Positions 1-8,625 of a stretch of 64,000 nucleotides of DNA are shown in pieces (position 1 is the first letter of the stretch; every line of letters begins with the position of its first letter). The position numbers and the translations under genes were made by a program. Under the pieces are notes generated by a model that saw only the letters and a program-made list of their open reading frames with translations, was not told where the DNA came from and did not search any database. The DNA is from Candidatus Culexmicrobium cathedralense (lineage in GTDB: Archaea > Thermoproteota > Methanomethylicia > Culexarchaeales > Culexmicrobiaceae): positions 32,001 through 96,000 of the forward strand of contig JANZKC010000001.1 in the NCBI GenBank assembly GCA_025061115.1, written 5' to 3'.

Positions 1-1756
1 CAATTAACTCTTTACCTTTATCTTTAGATAGCTTGTCTATGATTAGTTTTCTTTGAGCTCTGAATGGACTTATGATTCCAATTTCTGATTTGCTTACTCC
101 ACATCTAATTAGCTCTCTTACTATTTCAACAGCTACTTCAGCTTCTTTTTCATTTAACCTTGAATTATCAACTACTTGATCCACTCCATGAACATGAACA
201 AATACTACTGGCTTCATACCATTAAGAAATTCATATTTGGGCTTAATTCTTAGATTTAGAACTTTGCTTGAGCACGATTTTGCTGCTTTAATCTTACCTT
301 CATAAACATATTTTGCTGAGAATCCTATGATGTCCGGATTACTTCTATAGTGAATTTGAAGCCATAAATGTCTATGATCATACTTGTCTTTTAGTCCTGA
401 AAATGCACTTAAACTTGTTCTCAACTTTAAATCCCTAACCGTCTTAAATATTGGTAATAGCTGTTTGTGGTCTCCAACTACTATCCACTTTTTACCTTTA
501 ACCATCGCTAGCAGTGCTAGTGTTATTGATGCTTGACTTGCCTCGTCAATAATTACTGTGTCAAATTGAATACCTATGAGTGGGGGGAGCTGAGACTTAA
601 TTAATGTTGATCCAATTATAGGGATTTCAAATATAAGTTCTTCACATTCCTTCCTTATCATTTGATTTCTAAGCTTAATTAACTCCCTTAACTCCATCTT
701 GTAGTTACTGATTATTTGCTTTAATCTCCTCTTCTCATGAACGCTCTTAGATCTTCTTAGCTCTTTAATTAAATTCTCAATGGCCTTAGAGTAATCTTTC
801 ACCTTCTTATCTATCTCTAAAATTTTTTGTCCGAGGCGCTGTCTAGCTTTATAACTTAGCAGATACTTTTTTATGTGTTCAAGAACTTTCTCTGGTCTAC
901 CAACCCTTAATGTTTTTTCTAATGGAAGAATTTCTACTGCATTATCTACTGCTCTATTAGTGTGTGATGAAATTAGTATTTTCTCGCCTCTCTTCATTAA
1001 CTCATAAGCTATTTTTGCTATAACTCTAGTTTTACCAGTTCCTGGAGGACCAACAATCAATAACAGTTCATTATCGTTAAGAGCTAGTGCAGCCTCAACA
1101 GCTTTAATTTGAGAGAAATCTAGCTCAAAGGCATCCTTAACATCTCTTGTGTTTTCTAATTTATGGTATTTTAATGATGGTTGCTCAAGACTGTCTAAAA
1201 CTAGTTCTATAGCATTTGGGTTGAATATTTGTATAATTGCTCTTTCAACATCTTTTTCTCCCTTTATTTGTTTAATTAAGTCTAATTGAAGATCATAGCT
1301 AATTAATGGTTCATAATCAAAGATTGTTATTGGCATGTCTTCTTTAATTAAATTGCTTGAAGTTAGTACTATTAATGTGTCTGAGTATGAATCAATTACT
1401 GTTCCTAGATATTCTGGTATAATCTCACCTTTAACTTTCAAAATTATTCCTATAGGATCTCCAGCTTGAAATTTCATTGCATACTTTGTCTCTGTTGTAG
1501 CAACTCCGTGAGATACATCGATTACCCTAGCTTCATAAACTTCCTTAAATGCTTCTCTTTTAGCATACCTTCTTTCCTTGCGAATTATCTCTTCTAAATA
1601 ATTTAGATTACTTAGTGATATTGCTGGTACTAATTTCTCTGCTAATTCAATTTGCTTTTTAAATCCACAATAAATGCAGTAAAGATATAGCTCACCATCC
1701 GATCTGCGTAATCTTAACAATCCATCACATTTAGGACAGAAATTAATTATATTCAT
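1..1756 (-). CDS. SF1B (Upf1/DNA2/IGHMBP2-like) helicase with N-terminal zinc ribbon; 3' end lies outside the window
   Basis: Translated by hand from ATG at 1756 (not in ORF track): MNIINFCPKCDGLLRL...YCIYCGF; Walker A VGPPGTGKT (1028-1051); motif Ia SHTNRAVDN; II VIIDEASQ; III GDHKQLLP; IV IHYRSNPDI; then NEKEA and GIISPFRAQ. Frame open to position 1. Confidence 0.93.
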   Translation of the reverse strand, partial: MNIINFCPKCDGLLRLRRSDGELYLYCIYCGFKKQIELAEKLVPAISLSNLNYLEEIIRKERRYAKREAFKEVYEARVIDVSHGVATTETKYAMKFQAGDPIGIILKVKGEIIPEYLGTVIDSYSDTLIVLTSSNLIKEDMPITIFDYEPLISYDLQLDLIKQIKGEKDVERAIIQIFNPNAIELVLDSLEQPSLKYHKLENTRDVKDAFELDFSQIKAVEAALALNDNELLLIVGPPGTGKTRVIAKIAYELMKRGEKILISSHTNRAVDNAVEILPLEKTLRVGRPEKVLEHIKKYLLSYKARQRLGQKILEIDKKVKDYSKAIENLIKELRRSKSVHEKRRLKQIISNYKMELRELIKLRNQMIRKECEELIFEIPIIGSTLIKSQLPPLIGIQFDTVIIDEASQASITLALLAMVKGKKWIVVGDHKQLLPIFKTVRDLKLRTSLSAFSGLKDKYDHRHLWLQIHYRSNPDIIGFSAKYVYEGKIKAAKSCSSKVLNLRIKPKYEFLNGMKPVVFVHVHGVDQVVDNSRLNEKEAEVAVEIVRELIRCGVSKSEIGIISPFRAQRKLIIDKLSKDKGKELI

Positions 1757-1767
1757 ATACGCCACCG

Positions 1768-2229
1768 TTAAATACTTAATTTTAAATTGAATTTCTTTTC
1801 AAATGCTTCTTTAATTAAATTAAAGTCGTGATGTGAAACTTCACCAATACCATATCCATCAATGTAATTCTCTATTTTTATAAAGTGGGTTAGTATTGGC
1901 TCTAGTGAGAAGATTATTATTGAAAATTCAATTTTCCATGGAAATAGTACTTTATTCTCTTTAATTTCAGCTGGCCAGATAGGGGTTTGATCATCATAAT
2001 GCTTACTTTTAATTAGACCAATTGCATGAATTTCACCAGTTCCAGCTATTTGAAATGTAGCGGAATCAAATGGTTTAATTTGATTATATAACCTAATGAA
2101 AGCCCTCCAATTTCTCCTCTGCTTATCACCTGCTTCCCTATCCCAAAACCCCCATAACAATCTTTTATATGCAACTTCAATATTGTCAATATTCCTCGAT
2201 GAGAATAGCCAGACTTTCACATAATTCAA
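1768..2229 (-). CDS. EVE/PUA-like domain protein (putative modified-base reader)
   Basis: WLF..N..N......LWG, IKPFD...F, G.I.S..Y.D.TPIWP.E......FPWKI pattern typical of archaeal EVE proteins; 11 bp upstream of the helicase. Confidence 0.75.
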   Translation of the reverse strand: MNYVKVWLFSSRNIDNIEVAYKRLLWGFWDREAGDKQRRNWRAFIRLYNQIKPFDSATFQIAGTGEIHAIGLIKSKHYDDQTPIWPAEIKENKVLFPWKIEFSIIIFSLEPILTHFIKIENYIDGYGIGEVSHHDFNLIKEAFEKKFNLKLSI

Positions 2230-2532
2230 TTTCTAAATTGATAAAAATAAGTTTACTGTTTAATTATTATCTCTTTAATAAAGAGCAAGATTGAGCATAA
2301 CGATATGAAGCTGAGAGACTTGGCAAATTAAAGAGGTTACTTCATTGAATTAGAAGGACTGGCTTCTTGGATGATGCCTAATATTTATCCGCCTAGACTT
2401 AAAGTAACAAGCTAACCCCATCTAAGACTTTTGTTATGTTCATAATTCAATGTCGAATTTTTGTTTAGATATTTAAATGATTAGAAGAAAATTTAAAGAA
2501 AAACATATATATCATCGAATTAAAGTTTAGTT

Positions 2533-3129
2533 ATGATGTCTAGTCGAATTTATTATATTGAAAAAGCAATTATGATTCTACTGATATGCGTAGTAATTTT
2601 AGAGGTCTTATTAAGTGCCAATACTTTTGCTTACGAACTTCTAGGTGGGAGGTGGACTGATAGTGATGTAAAGGATCTTTCTTATCGTGTTAAGTCGGGG
2701 ATACCTTATGTAAGTGATATACGTGAAGTGTTTGCAGATGCAGCAGCATCTTGGGAAAACACTGTAGCTTATGGTGTTCCACATTTCTATGAAGTAAGTT
2801 CGGGAGAGAAGATAATTGTGAATGCATATTATGAGGAGTATGGTGCATTAGCATATGCTTATGCGGATCCAAGCCTTTACGCCTATCCTTACGAGTATGC
2901 ATATATTCATGTAAATACATATTACTTAGATGTAGCTTATTACTTGAGTTATGAGCATTTTCAAGGTGTATTGGCACATGAAATAGGTCATATTCTTGGC
3001 TTAGCTCATGAAACAGAGTACGGACCAATAGTTTTAATGTGGCCAACTGATGAATTCTACATTGAATGTGGCATATATGAACCAACACTAGATGAAATTT
3101 ATGGCGTAATGGATCTTTATGGGGGTTAA
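2533..3129 (+). CDS. Secreted matrixin-like (M10) zinc metallopeptidase
   Basis: Signal peptide; HEIGHILGLAH zinc motif; Met-turn VLMWP; C-terminal DEIYGVMDLYG. Confidence 0.9.
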   Translation: MMSSRIYYIEKAIMILLICVVILEVLLSANTFAYELLGGRWTDSDVKDLSYRVKSGIPYVSDIREVFADAAASWENTVAYGVPHFYEVSSGEKIIVNAYYEEYGALAYAYADPSLYAYPYEYAYIHVNTYYLDVAYYLSYEHFQGVLAHEIGHILGLAHETEYGPIVLMWPTDEFYIECGIYEPTLDEIYGVMDLYGG

Positions 3130-3132
3130 TGC

Positions 3133-3789
3133 ATGGTTAGATTTAAATACTTTATTATTTTGAGTGGTCTAATAGTGGCATTAATGGTCTCTATTGGATC
3201 ATACATTCCAAGAGTTGAGGAATCAGAAAACATTATGATTTATGACATCTCAAATCTAAATAACGTTAAAATCGTTAAAGCATATGCTATCTATCCAAGC
3301 ATCATGTATAAGTCATTGACTTATCAAAAACTTCTTAGTGAAAGAGATTTAATTGCTATTGTAGAAATAAGTTATCCAATAAAAACATACCATGTTATAG
3401 AAAAGAACTTCTACTTTACATTATATAAAGCTAAGGTAATTAAGGTGATAAAGGGACCTAAAAATATTAGTGAAATATATTTGTATCAGATAGGTGGCTA
3501 TAAACCGGAAAGAAATGTTTTCTGGACTCTTGAAGGTCTACCGGTATTTAAGCCGGGTGAAAAATGGCTATTATTTATGAAGAAAATGACTTATGAAATG
3601 AATGCCAAAATAAACTTACCGCCAAACACGTATCATGCTGGAGGTTTAGAAGCAATAAAAGTAATTAATGGGAGAGTTTATTCGATGGATAATTTTGAGA
3701 AAATAGCAGAAATTGTATTGCCAGAACAATTAAAAGTAAAGGGCATACAACTACAAGAGTTCATAAACAGCATTCTAACAAAACCATAA
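3133..3789 (+). CDS. Membrane-anchored matrixin partner protein (possible TIMP/NTR-like OB fold)
   Basis: N-terminal TM helix; starts 3 bp after the matrixin stop; DLIAIVEI...YKAKVIKVIKG...PGEKWLLFM pattern. Confidence 0.7.
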   Translation: MVRFKYFIILSGLIVALMVSIGSYIPRVEESENIMIYDISNLNNVKIVKAYAIYPSIMYKSLTYQKLLSERDLIAIVEISYPIKTYHVIEKNFYFTLYKAKVIKVIKGPKNISEIYLYQIGGYKPERNVFWTLEGLPVFKPGEKWLLFMKKMTYEMNAKINLPPNTYHAGGLEAIKVINGRVYSMDNFEKIAEIVLPEQLKVKGIQLQEFINSILTKP

Positions 3790-4027
3790 TTTAACTTTAA
3801 CAAATAAAAGTTATTTTCACCTCCATTAAATTGTATAATATTGATGTTGACTGCAAATGAAAAACTCGAACGAAGCTTTTATAATATATATATGCTGTTC
3901 CGGTGACTGCTATTGCTGCTCAGAGAGGATGGAAGTTAGAATTTGCAATTTTTTCTTTAAGATTTAAATTTTATTATAACTTAATTAATAATGAAAAATT
4001 GGAATAAATTGTGTTGGGTGATTTAGC

Positions 4028-4492
4028 GTGAGATTTGAGGGTCATGCTGGTTTGTCTTTGTTGATTGTTTCTGTTGTTTTGTTTATTTTTGATTTTAGAA
4101 ATTATGAATCCATTATAGCTGGTTTGCTTGTTGTTGGTTTTTCTAGTTTACCTGATTTGGATTTAAGTTGGGAAATCCCGCATAGAAGATATACCCATAA
4201 TATTTTGTTTGGATTTATTTCTGGATTAATTTTTGGTTTCTTATTTATGTACAGTGGTTTGAATTTTGTATTAGGTTTTGTAGGTGGTTTTGGTGGAACC
4301 ATATGCCACTTAATTGGCGATAGTTTTACTTTTATGAAGTTTAAGCCATTATGGCCTTTTAGTAATCTCGAAGTTGGTTTGGGCTTTTTTAAGTCAAGCG
4401 ATGTGAAAATTAATGAAGTATTTCTCACTATTGGAGCTCTATCTTTCGTTTTCCTTTATGTGATTAAGCTTGGTATTTTAAAATTTCCTTAA
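4028..4492 (+). CDS. Membrane-bound metal-dependent hydrolase (YdjM/DUF457-like)
   Basis: GH, LPDLD, HRRYTH, HLIGD, PLWPF motifs. Confidence 0.88.
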   Translation: MRFEGHAGLSLLIVSVVLFIFDFRNYESIIAGLLVVGFSSLPDLDLSWEIPHRRYTHNILFGFISGLIFGFLFMYSGLNFVLGFVGGFGGTICHLIGDSFTFMKFKPLWPFSNLEVGLGFFKSSDVKINEVFLTIGALSFVFLYVIKLGILKFP

Positions 4493-4672
4493 CTATTATT
4501 AATTAATTCTTAAATATTTAATTTTTATATTGTTTAATTGAATTTTATATTAGATGTTTAGTTAGAATTGCTAAATCTTTTTTCTCTAGTGGTTGTTCTA
4601 CTTTTTCTGTTAGGGTTGTTCCGGTTGTTAGTGTTATTTCGATTGTTGTTGGCCATTTTGTTGGTTATTGTT

Positions 4673-4748
4673 AATTGTGCCCCGCCGCTGACACTCGACT
4701 TCATGGTTGGCTTTATGCCTCTTTGTCGAGCTCTTACCGGCGGGGCTG
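4673..4748 (-). ncRNA. Box H/ACA pseudouridylation guide sRNA (single hairpin), predicted target 23S rRNA helix 69
   Basis: Minus strand: GCCCCGCCG-GUAAGAG-CUCGAC-AAAGAGG...AUGAA-GUCGAG-UGUCAG-CGGCGGGGC-ACA-AUU. This gives a 9-bp basal stem, a pocket, a 6-bp upper stem, a K-turn-like element and an ACA box. TATA-like TTTAATA about 25 nt upstream; GC-rich island in an AT-rich spacer. Confidence 0.8.
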
Positions 4749-5005
4749 GGTTAAAAGGTGGTGAATGTTAGTATTAAATTTAATTTATTGTGTTGAGGAT
4801 AAGTGAAATTAGTAGTAATTTGGGTTGTTTGATCTTGGGTTATAAAGTGGATTTGCATCAGTCATCTATGTTTTTATGATTTCAATTTTGATTTGTTTAC
4901 TTTGTTTTGTGAAGATATTATGTTTAGGTTGATCCCTCCTCTCATGGAGGATGGTTTTCCTCTCGAGCGAGGATCATCTGTTTGTTTATTTTGTTAGTGG
5001 GTATA

Positions 5006-5417
5006 TTATTTTTGTTGTCCAGTTTTCCATGATATTTGTTTTAGTGTTAGTAGTTCTTCGTCGTGGGTGTATATTATTGGGATTCTGTTTGCTATGTAGT
5101 TGGCTATTATTAGGGCGTCTCTTCCGTCGAGGCTGTGTTTTGCTGCTAGGTTTAGGGCTATGTTGCATATTCTTTTTGTGTGGTTGTAGAATTCTATGTA
5201 TGGGTGATGTAGTAACATTTGTAATCTTCTTTTGGCTTCGGATGGTATCCATTTTTGGCTGTATACGAGTATGTAGTATGTTTCGTGTATTACTGTTGGG
5301 TTGATTGCTATGCGGTTTTCTGGTGTTAGGTTAATAGGAGTGTTTTGAGTTTTTGTGTTCTGGATAGGCTGGGTCGAGAGCGTAGCATAGTATGTTAGTG
5401 TCTAGTCTTGTGATCAA
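5006..5417 (-). pseudogene. vapC: Frameshifted PIN-domain (VapC) toxin
   Basis: TTG start MITRLDTNILCYALD; frameshift near an A-run at about 5350; later frame ...VIHETY...LDGRDALIIA...IYTHD. Confidence 0.8.
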
Positions 5418-5655
5418 TTAGGTTGGCCTTCATATCGCTTTCATTTTTGATGGTGACCAGTTTTCCGGTTTTCCTGTTCTTGGTGGCTCTGATGTTATTA
5501 TTCTTTTGAATTCTTCTAGAAAGTTTATTGTTTTTCCTGGTTTTAGTATGTAGCCTCTTCTACTTTTCTAGGATGATGGAGTCTCCTATTTCTTCTCTTA
5601 CTTCTCTTGGGAGGTAGATTCGTCCTTTTGAATCTACTTTTAATTTGTACTGCAT
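5418..5655 (-). pseudogene. Frameshifted AbrB/MazE-type antitoxin
   Basis: MQYKLKVDSKGRIYLPREVREEIG (AbrB signature), then frameshift at GAAAAG (~5565) and a TGA near the 3' end. Confidence 0.8.
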
Positions 5656-5923
5656 TTCCAACTAATATTTTTGGGATTTTCTTTATCTTTAGTCTTTCGT
5701 GATGGTGTTATTGTTGATTAAGTATGGTTAAACTATATGGACTGATTCGCTGGATTTTATTGGGGTTTAGGCTTTGGATGAAGTTGGAAAGTTTTTGAGA
5801 TGGAGCTTCGTGGTGGGGATTTTGTTTTAAAGTATTGTGGTGCATATACGTTGAGTTGGTTGTGTAGAAATTCTCCGTTTCAAAACTAGTTTTCTCTATT
5901 GATTTTATTATAGAATTGTTAAT

Positions 5924-6364
5924 TTATTGATTAGTTAGCCATGGACTTAAAATCCTATGTCCTTCATTTATTCCTCTTAATTTCTCTACAAGCTCTCTAT
6001 CAATAGTTAATAATTTTACGCCATATCTTTCCGCTAATGCTAGGAATAGTGCATCGTAAACTGTGACTTTAAGTTTTATTGATAGTTTTATGGCTTCCTG
6101 GATATAGTCGAGATCTCTGTGAGTTATGCATATGTTTTTCATGAATTCATGAAGTAATTCGAGATTCTTTAAGACGATATTGCTTGGCTGCTTAAATACC
6201 ATTATTCTCTTCCAAGCGGCATTACTTGTTTCTAGGAAAGCTAGTTCAGGTATGTGAATTTCAATATATCTTTTAACCTCTTTTTCACACCACTCACTAT
6301 AGTCCTCCGGGAAGAACAGTGCGAAGAGAGCTGAGCTGTCAATGACAATGCTTTTAATGCTCAC
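5924..6364 (-). CDS. vapC: PIN-domain VapC toxin
   Basis: IVIDSSA, E..NA.W, TVYDALFLALA, LLTID motifs. Confidence 0.92.
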   Translation of the reverse strand: MSIKSIVIDSSALFALFFPEDYSEWCEKEVKRYIEIHIPELAFLETSNAAWKRIMVFKQPSNIVLKNLELLHEFMKNICITHRDLDYIQEAIKLSIKLKVTVYDALFLALAERYGVKLLTIDRELVEKLRGINEGHRILSPWLTNQ

Positions 6365-6581
6365 GTTCCCTATCCTCGCGAATCATTCTATCAACTGGTA
6401 CTGGTAGCTTTGATAATTGTCTACGCGCATCACGAGCAGCTTTAAGATATGCTTCCATTAAGATTTCCCTCACCCTTCTAGCAATAAATTGTCTAACCTC
6501 TTTGCTCCAATCAACATTTTCACATTTATCCATCAATTCCTTGAGTCTTTTTGAAACTCTTATGCTTATGACAGTGCTCAT
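6354..6581 (-). CDS. vapB: Ribbon-helix-helix antitoxin (VapB-like)
   Basis: MSTVISIRVSKRLKELMD...VDWSKEVRQFI...IREDRE; overlaps the vapC start. Confidence 0.85.
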   Translation of the reverse strand: MSTVISIRVSKRLKELMDKCENVDWSKEVRQFIARRVREILMEAYLKAARDARRQLSKLPVPVDRMIREDREREH

Positions 6582-6809
6582 AATACATTACCTGTAGACA
6601 ATGAATGTATACTTTAATATAAGCATTTCCTAAACAAATATTAATTTACATTCTCATTTAGTAAGAGCTTAGGCTTTTGCAACTATATTTCCCAACGACC
6701 CAAGAATCTTAGCAACACATAAAGAGGCAGAATATAAATCTTTAACATCAATTTTATAGTCCTCAACAACTTCACTATAGGAGGCACTACTTATGACTGA
6801 AACTTGAAT

Positions 6810-7313
6810 TTATAGTTGTGTTTTAACTATATTTTTATGATCCTCCAGTTGTAGTATGTGTTTCATAATTGTTAGACCAATGTAGGTGATACCTGCTATC
6901 AATATTAGCCATACTCCTATTCCCGGATAGTATTTGTAATACTCCACACCCTCCATTCCCTGAATTACTATTTTCATACTTGAGATAATTGTTCCTGCAA
7001 ACCAGAGGTATGATGAAATTATTGCCGATAAACTACTAATCACCGCAATTTTCCAATCTTTTTTGAAAAGTGATAGCATGCAAAAGAGAATTGATGCTGC
7101 GTAGAGAATGATAGAGGAAATGGCATGTAAAAATCCTTTTTCACTGTAGATTGGTGTTGAAGTATCAAGGAATGAAAAACTTTTAACAATAATAACTTTA
7201 AAACCAGGTTTTATATCATCATACTCGTATGTCCAGGGTAGGAAAGCTGATATTAGTAGAATAATTAGAGTTAAGAGTGATGCTCTATCTGTTATTATCT
7301 TGAGTACTTTTAT
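6810..7313 (-). CDS. Hypothetical multi-pass membrane protein (start uncertain)
   Basis: Frame of track ORF 6810..7079 stays open to 7358 with further TM segments (LIILLISAFLPW); AGGAGG RBS precedes an in-frame ATA at 7313. Confidence 0.6.
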   Translation of the reverse strand: MKVLKIITDRASLLTLIILLISAFLPWTYEYDDIKPGFKVIIVKSFSFLDTSTPIYSEKGFLHAISSIILYAASILFCMLSLFKKDWKIAVISSLSAIISSYLWFAGTIISSMKIVIQGMEGVEYYKYYPGIGVWLILIAGITYIGLTIMKHILQLEDHKNIVKTQL

Positions 7314-7363
7314 GAAAATCCTCCTACCCTTCTCTATTATGGTGATACCCCCACTGATTTAAG

Positions 7364-7861
7364 TTAATCAACTCCAATAACATAAATATTCTCTACTCCA
7401 TCTGGTTCTGATGGTATTTCATATTCATTTAATGCTATTACCCTTATATTATAATAAGTCCCGCTTGGTGATGTAGATGAATCCCAGTAACCAACCCATA
7501 ATCCTAGAGTTGAGTCATAAAACATTGATTGCCTGCCAGAATTGTAATTCGTATTATAGACATGATAATCCACTGAGCTTATGGTTATTGTAGATGTAAC
7601 TTCAGCTTGAATCTTCACAATTCCAGAAACAGTTTCACCATCGTATGGGTAGACTATATTTACAACCGGTCTTGATACTATTGGATAAAGATATATTACA
7701 CCTCTAATATCCCCTAAATTAAGGTCATGTTTTAATCCAGTATAGTGATAGTACATTACTTGATAATAATTATCATCCAAGTAAAGGTCCTTTAAACCTA
7801 TGACATGGCCTACTTCATGAGTAGCTGCAGTCTGTACATCATAGTCATTCCCATACTTCCC
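7364..7861 (-). pseudogene. 5'-truncated matrixin-like metallopeptidase with C-terminal Ig-like domain
   Basis: Frame extends upstream of the track ORF: YDVQTAATHEVGHVIGLKDLY (7787-7819), then VMYY Met-turn and Ig-like VNIVYPYDGETVSG. In-frame TAA at 7862-7864; no start codon or signal peptide. Confidence 0.75.
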
Positions 7862-7872
7862 TTATCACCTTT

Positions 7873-8625
7873 TTAGCTTATTCTTTTTATTAGTGTTTTT
7901 TCGTGTATTTTTATTGCAGTGATTAGGAATGTTATTGTGAAGATTATAAGGGCTGTGTAGTTTATTATGGGTGGGTAGTAGCCTTTGTTTAGGATTAGTT
8001 GTCTTGTTAGGTCTGTGTAGTAGGTAAGGGGTGAAAGTGAGGCTATTATTCTTGCCCATGGTGGTAGTTTTTCTATTGGGATGAATATTCCGCTTATGAA
8101 TATTAGTGGGAATTTTATGAGGGTTGAGATCATCATTATGGTTGCTGGTATGTCTGTTGGTGGGTATGATGATAGGAGTATGCTTAGTGCTGAGAAGCAT
8201 AGTGTTGCTAGGGTTAGGCTGAAGAGTAGTGATATGAAGTTTATGGGGTTTATGTTTAGGGTTAATGTTAGGGTTGTTGGTATTAGTGTTATTAGGAATC
8301 CGAAGATGAATGATGATAGCATGTCTCCCAGTAGGATTGCCCATAGGGTTATTGGGCAGCATAGGAGTCTTTCAAGTGTTTTTGATCTTGCTTCCCATGG
8401 TATTATGGATGGTCCTACTGATGTTGCTGTGAAGAAGGCTGTCATGCTTATTAGTTTTGATAGCATTTCTTTTATGGGCATTTCTCTTCCTATTGTGTAG
8501 GCTAGGAATAGGAAGAGTGGGAGAATTAGGCCGAATATTACTACTGGTCCCTTTGAGTAGTAAATTTTTATGTCTTTCTTCGCTATTGTCATGGAGCGTT
8601 TAACTTGTTTGAGTATATGATTCAT
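7873..8625 (-). CDS. ABC-2 type transporter permease
   Basis: Six TM segments; E....TLERLL..P; FISGIFIPIEKLPPW...SPLTY. Confidence 0.93.
   Translation of the reverse strand: MNHILKQVKRSMTIAKKDIKIYYSKGPVVIFGLILPLFLFLAYTIGREMPIKEMLSKLISMTAFFTATSVGPSIIPWEARSKTLERLLCCPITLWAILLGDMLSSFIFGFLITLIPTTLTLTLNINPINFISLLFSLTLATLCFSALSILLSSYPPTDIPATIMMISTLIKFPLIFISGIFIPIEKLPPWARIIASLSPLTYYTDLTRQLILNKGYYPPIINYTALIIFTITFLITAIKIHEKTLIKRIS

Noticed and set aside
4568-4771. Leu/Val-rich plus-strand ORF
   Set aside because: Product of the GT-rich composition; overlaps the H/ACA hairpin on the opposite strand
4951-5304. Cys/Leu-rich plus ORF and overlapping 4986..5252 minus ORF
   Set aside because: Shadow frames of the vapC pseudogene
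7865-8362. Asn/His/Pro-rich 165-aa ORF
   Set aside because: Alternative frame of the ABC permease caused by A/C-biased codons
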